Assembly: GCA_010909165.1 (NCBI GenBank)
Contig: MU008204.1
Location: 17,810 to 81,809 of the forward strand
Source of the DNA: Anthoceros angustus
Taxonomy: Eukaryota > Plantae > Anthocerotophyta
DNA length: 64,000 nucleotides
Direction of reading: 5' to 3'
Within the stretch, counting starts at the first letter, position 1. Every line of letters begins with the position of its first letter. The notes beneath the pieces were generated by a model. It was not told where the DNA came from. It ran no database searches and saw only the letters and a program-made list of their open reading frames with translations. The position numbers and the translations under genes are program-made. Shown here in pieces: positions 59,401 through 64,000 of the stretch.

Positions 59401-61846
59401 GGTGTTCCACGTGTCTAGACATCGGCGAATAAAACTCTCCTGAGTGCCCTGATGTTGGAAAGTACAGTCCACCCAGGGAGCCATTGTCACAATGCTGGGA
59501 GAACAGCACAGGAAACGTGGAGGCTGCACCATCATCAGAATAACCATACTCTGTCATAGACGGGGCCTTGATATTGCCCTTCGACCATTTGCTAAACTCC
59601 CGCTCTGGAAAAAATCGTCCTGTCCGAACGGAAAGCACTCATCCTGCACGGTTGGTGGTGGTGTAATATATCCCATAGACTGTGACCGCGATGAGCTGTG
59701 CATAGAGAAAGGTGACAACGGCCCAGACATCGGACCAGAGATGGGTCCAGAGATGGGCCCAGAAAGTGGCCCTGACAATGGTGAGGCCTGCCCATAGAAC
59801 GGTGATGTGAATCCCGAAAGAGGAGATGCACCTCCAGTTGATGCGTGTCTTGAAAAGGGGGACACAATCTCAGGAGATGCTGAAGCCTCAAGAACAGAAA
59901 GGGGAGAAATTGGACCAGACAGAGGCCCAGAAAGCAAAGAGATCTGCTCAGGGGATGCGAAGCCTTGCATTGAAACATGCATCTCCTGGGGACTGTACAG
60001 TGAGATCTCCCTGCCGAAGTCCGACAGGCTACCAATTTCTTGAATGTAGCCATCAGCATCGGCAGAGTCCATAGGAGACGATGGAGGATCTTTGCGGTAA
60101 TAACTCCAGTCCATGGCCACAGCCTCCTGTTGCGAGTACTTGGCGTCTTGGTGCCGATCAGAGCCAGAGGTTTGTTTCGCTCTCGAGTTGGGAATCAGCC
60201 TCTGCAAGGGCCACTTGCACGAGGTCATCACTTGCTCAGGTCCAGATGACAGCCCATCCAGTCTCTTCCCGAAGCGCTCCTAAATCTGGTAGAAGGGGCG
60301 GGGCTGTGAACTCCTTACGTTGCGAACCACCTACCGATTCCTGCACATTCCTGGTGTCCACAAGGTCTTCCCAGGTGAAAGGATCCACAGCGACCCTCTC
60401 ACTGGCAAAATCATACCTGTTTGGACAAATCTTGTCACTTTGATCAGCACTGGAGCCCGACAGATGTCGGCGGTGTGATGGCTTGGGCCCAGTCTCCTCC
60501 TTCTGTGAATCCATGTGGTCACTCTTGGGAGGCCGAGGAAGACTCGTTTGCACCTTCAAAGGAGGAGCAGAATCCTTCAGGACCTGAGGCGAATACTGGT
60601 TTCCTCCAGAATACCCTGCAGAATTCTGCACTGCTTGCTTCCCTGCTCCCCTGTTTACTGGGCTTCTAGTTTTCTGACCTCTGACAGCACCCCTTCGCAG
60701 AGCCTGAGCTGTGATGTCACGCCACTTCGCCACCACAAGATCTCGCCATTTCGCAGGGCTGTTCGATCCTTTCTTGCGAAAATCAGCAGTCTCAACTCTC
60801 TGAAGCCTGTTCTCGGGCACCCTATCTTTAATGAGAGCAAGAAGTCTGGGCGACTCTGCAGCTCCCAGACAGTCAGACTTGACAGGCTCCAAAATCTGAG
60901 ATCTTTGGGCAATAGTTTTGAGCGGTGACGGTGACCTCCCAGCAATTTGGGTACCTCGAATGGAATCAATGACCAATGCATGCTGATGAGCATCCTTCAA
61001 TCTGGGCCAGTCAATTTCCTGACTTTCTGCCTCTCCGGCGGCATAGCTTTCACAGGTGAGCTCCTGCAGGCTTGGAATAACCAGTCGACAAGACGAATTG
61101 AGGGCGTCCCCACAATCCCAGACACCTTTCTGGCAGCCTAACTCAGCCACTCTATCCACTGTAACCCCCTCTTTAATGTCCATCTGCAGAAGCCCATCCA
61201 CCAGCTCCTGGTGGAGGCTTGAGTCAATGGCTTGCTTCCATATGGTGTCAGAGTATTCAGGGGAGCTCAGCACCCTCACCTCCTGGCCATTCAGGTCCTT
61301 CATGATGATGCCCTGACCTTTGGAGAGCATAATGTCCTCCAGGCCCTTGCAGAGAACGATCTCCTCCAACAAGGCCCTCACTTCTGCAGGAGTGGTTTCC
61401 CTGAGAGGGGCGGACTGCTTCTTGGCCCTTCTGACAGCCTTGAGTGTCTGCTTCTTGTGCCACTCTTCAATCATATGCCTTAGAGTGTGGTTAGGGATAA
61501 GAGTGCTGTCCGTAAGCCTCTGCATAGTTGTGGGGCACGTCCTGTTACCTGCTGCCAGCCACCTCTCGATGCTGTGTCTGTCATAAGTCTGACCTGTGCA
61601 GAGGGTAACAGGGTCCTTCATCGGCTCCAATGAGATGGGGCACAGGAAGTTGGAGGGCATCTCATCTGCGGATTCTTCGACCGATGCTGCAAGCAGCCTG
61701 GAGATTCCTGATTCCCTACCTCTCATATCACCCTTATCCGGGCATCCCACTTCCAATCCCAATCCCAACCCAAATCGTGGTGAAAGGCTGGCATGCCTGT
61801 TCCTTTGAACTGCAGCGCTCGCCATCATGCTCCCCTCAAGACCCAT
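56459..61846 (-). CDS. PUB U-box/ARM gene, copy 2, with an internal ~1.68-kb duplication that truncates the frame
   Basis: Nearly identical to copy 1. Segment 57482-59157 is repeated at 59158-60838. The junction reads LEPCSH*. Confidence 0.8.
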
Positions 61847-64000
61847 GAAGTCCTATACTGGCTGCCGATGAAGCGAGCAAGTCTGTTGAAGCTAACACGC
61901 AATGAAGCAAACCGCTCCACCCTCGCCCTCACCCAGAGCGTGATATAACGACGTCACCGTGTCTGAAACAGGATGCAGAAACACTGGTGGAAAGAGGGCT
62001 ACCTTTCTTGCGGAACGGGATTCCAGACAGATGAACCCATTTGCACCTCAGAAGCAAACTCGACTTGGTCGCCATTAGTGATTTGAACATAAGGTAGCCT
62101 ACGGGAACCAGTTGTTGTTGTACCTGTCTACAACCAACAACGATGCCCAATGCAGCAGGATGGTTGGCACAACATCTACAAGTTGCATTCCATAGCCATT
62201 CGTCCGTCCAAGCAAAATCTTAACCTGGCACCACCTCGCTGCAATTGCTCAAAATTGATGTCATTCTCAACCAATCTGCCATCTGTCGGGAAGGTGATGG
62301 AGTGAGAAAGTGTTCAAAGACGGGGAGCGACACGAGAATTGCAGAAAAAGCCTTCCAACCCGATCCAGGATCTCTCTTCTTATCTTCACCAAAATGGTGC
62401 TCCCACCCTGACGTTGGCGACACGCTAGCGCGGGCAGGGAAATCATCAAACTGCTCCCGATTCGGCGAGCGACCGGACACTCTAACAACGAAGGAAGCAG
62501 CAGGGCAGGCGAGTCAGAAAAGAGGGGCAAGGAATTGCGGAGCAGGGCAAGAGCCCGGCTCCTGAATCGTGGAGTGAGACACAATCCAGAGAGAGCGCGA
62601 GAAAGAATCCATGGCGGAAGAGCGGAAGCTCAAAGATTCCAGGAAGCTGCTGCCGCAGCAGCGCGGCAGAGCAGGCACAGACATAGAGGCGAGGTTCCGG
62701 ATCGAAGAAGAGGATCGAAGAAGGCGGAGGGAGCAGACAGATGAGAGAGCGACGAGAAGAAACACCCAGAAGTTCCACGCAATTGTGCAGCAGAGGCAGG
62801 GGCAGGGGCAGGGGCAGCGGCAGCGGCAGAGGCAGAGGCAGGTGATGAGAGAGGTGCGGGAAACAGGTGTCCGCCACCGGCATTCGCAGCTGCTGACCGC
62901 TACGTGATGCGGCAGCGGGAGCTCAGCGGGTGCAGCAAGACGACGAGAGAGTGAGGCACTGCAAATTGGCGCATCCGGCAAGAAGGAGTGACGAGGAGAG
63001 AGAGAATGCTGGAAGCTGGGCTCTGCCGGGGCCGGGGCCAGAACCCGGCACAGCAGCCTAGGCTGGTCTTGGAGGAACAAGAAGGGGAAGCGGGAGGGGA
63101 CGAAGCGGAAGCAGAATGTGGATGGGAAGGATGTGTCTGTAGGCGGCATATCAACACACAGAAAAGCCGCTGGAGCTGCTTCGGGTGGCAGAGCCACAAT
63201 CCTAGGCTGAAAACCAGGTCCCCCCGGTTCTGGGGCCGGCACCGGCCCCGGCTCCGGCGCATGGGCGGGAGCATGCCGGGCAGGAACAGGGGAGAGGAGA
63301 CCGGTCAAGCCTCCAGGCTTCTCATCAAGTTGGCTGCCGAGATGCCACCAGGCAGGAAAGCAGCGGAAGCTTCCCTCTGTCCCAGCCCCAGCAAGGAAAA
63401 AACAGGAAAGGAAGGAAAAAAGAAAATATCAGGGAAGGAAGAAGAGGAAGAAGAAGCAGCCGGGCCCTGCCTGCCGCTGCACGACCGCAGCGGCTGACAG
63501 TTGCCACCTGCGAAAGCAGAACGTTGCTCCTCCGCCTTCCTCCTCCCGCAAAGTTCAAACGGGCCAACGGAAACGCGAGCACGACGAAGCCTGCCCCCTG
63601 CAGCCTGCAGGTTCTGCAACCTGCAACCTGCAACCTGCAGCGGCAGACCAGATCACACCAGCATCGATCATTCATCACACGAAGAGAGAGGGAAGCGAGA
63701 GAAATGGGGCGGACGCGTTCCTCCGTGTAAACTTTACGGAAGCTTGCGTTGGAAGCCGGTGCGTGCGTGCATTGAGCATTGAGAGAGCTTGCTCTCAGAG
63801 AAGTATATCTGATGTGGAGTCCGTCGGCTGGCTGTTCCGGCGATTCGAACCGGTGATTTCAGGTTCCTAGAGTTAACTGGCTTAACCAAGGTATCATGTC
63901 CTGAACGGCTCCCCAGACCGTTGCGCCTTTGCGGGCACCGGCAGCAAGGAGCTCGTCACCCGGGAGGTGGAGCGGGCGGGAGCGTGCGGCGTGCGGGCCG

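Larger units (their letters stand above)
49713..64000. repeat. Large near-identical tandem segmental duplication (second unit starts at 56262; offset 6549 bp)
   Basis: cttgtgcccgacttggggctgaaaaa at 49713 and 56262. Identity continues to the window end, with differences mostly 1-2 bp indels. Confidence 0.95.

Overview
Eukaryotic nuclear DNA from a compact, GC-rich land-plant genome. The short (~80-200 bp) GT-AG introns and the KAC kinesin suggest a bryophyte such as a hornwort, which is an inference. Positions 1-11 kb are transposon debris: two decayed Ty1/copia segments, a spliced orphan ORF and tandem repeats. Host genes are a PHD-finger fragment, intronless SAS10/UTP3, MED19, a multi-exon KAC-type kinesin-14, an F-box/kelch protein, a stand-alone EMAP-II-like tRNA-binding protein, a membrane protein and two near-identical tandem copies of a long U-box/ARM (PUB) E3 ligase. 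Intergenic gaps hold several decayed CRE-type (restriction-like endonuclease) non-LTR retrotransposons and ORF1-only LINE-like 3' ends. The main finding is two DNA transposons with related AA(C/T)AGC-starting 32-34 bp TIRs and 4-bp TSDs, each nested in a CRE copy. The larger one (43258-47980) carries an intron-containing, bacterial-type beta-class N6A/N4C DNA methyltransferase gene and repeated 22-bp GC palindromes. Many 1-bp frameshifts in otherwise conserved genes suggest residual long-read assembly errors.
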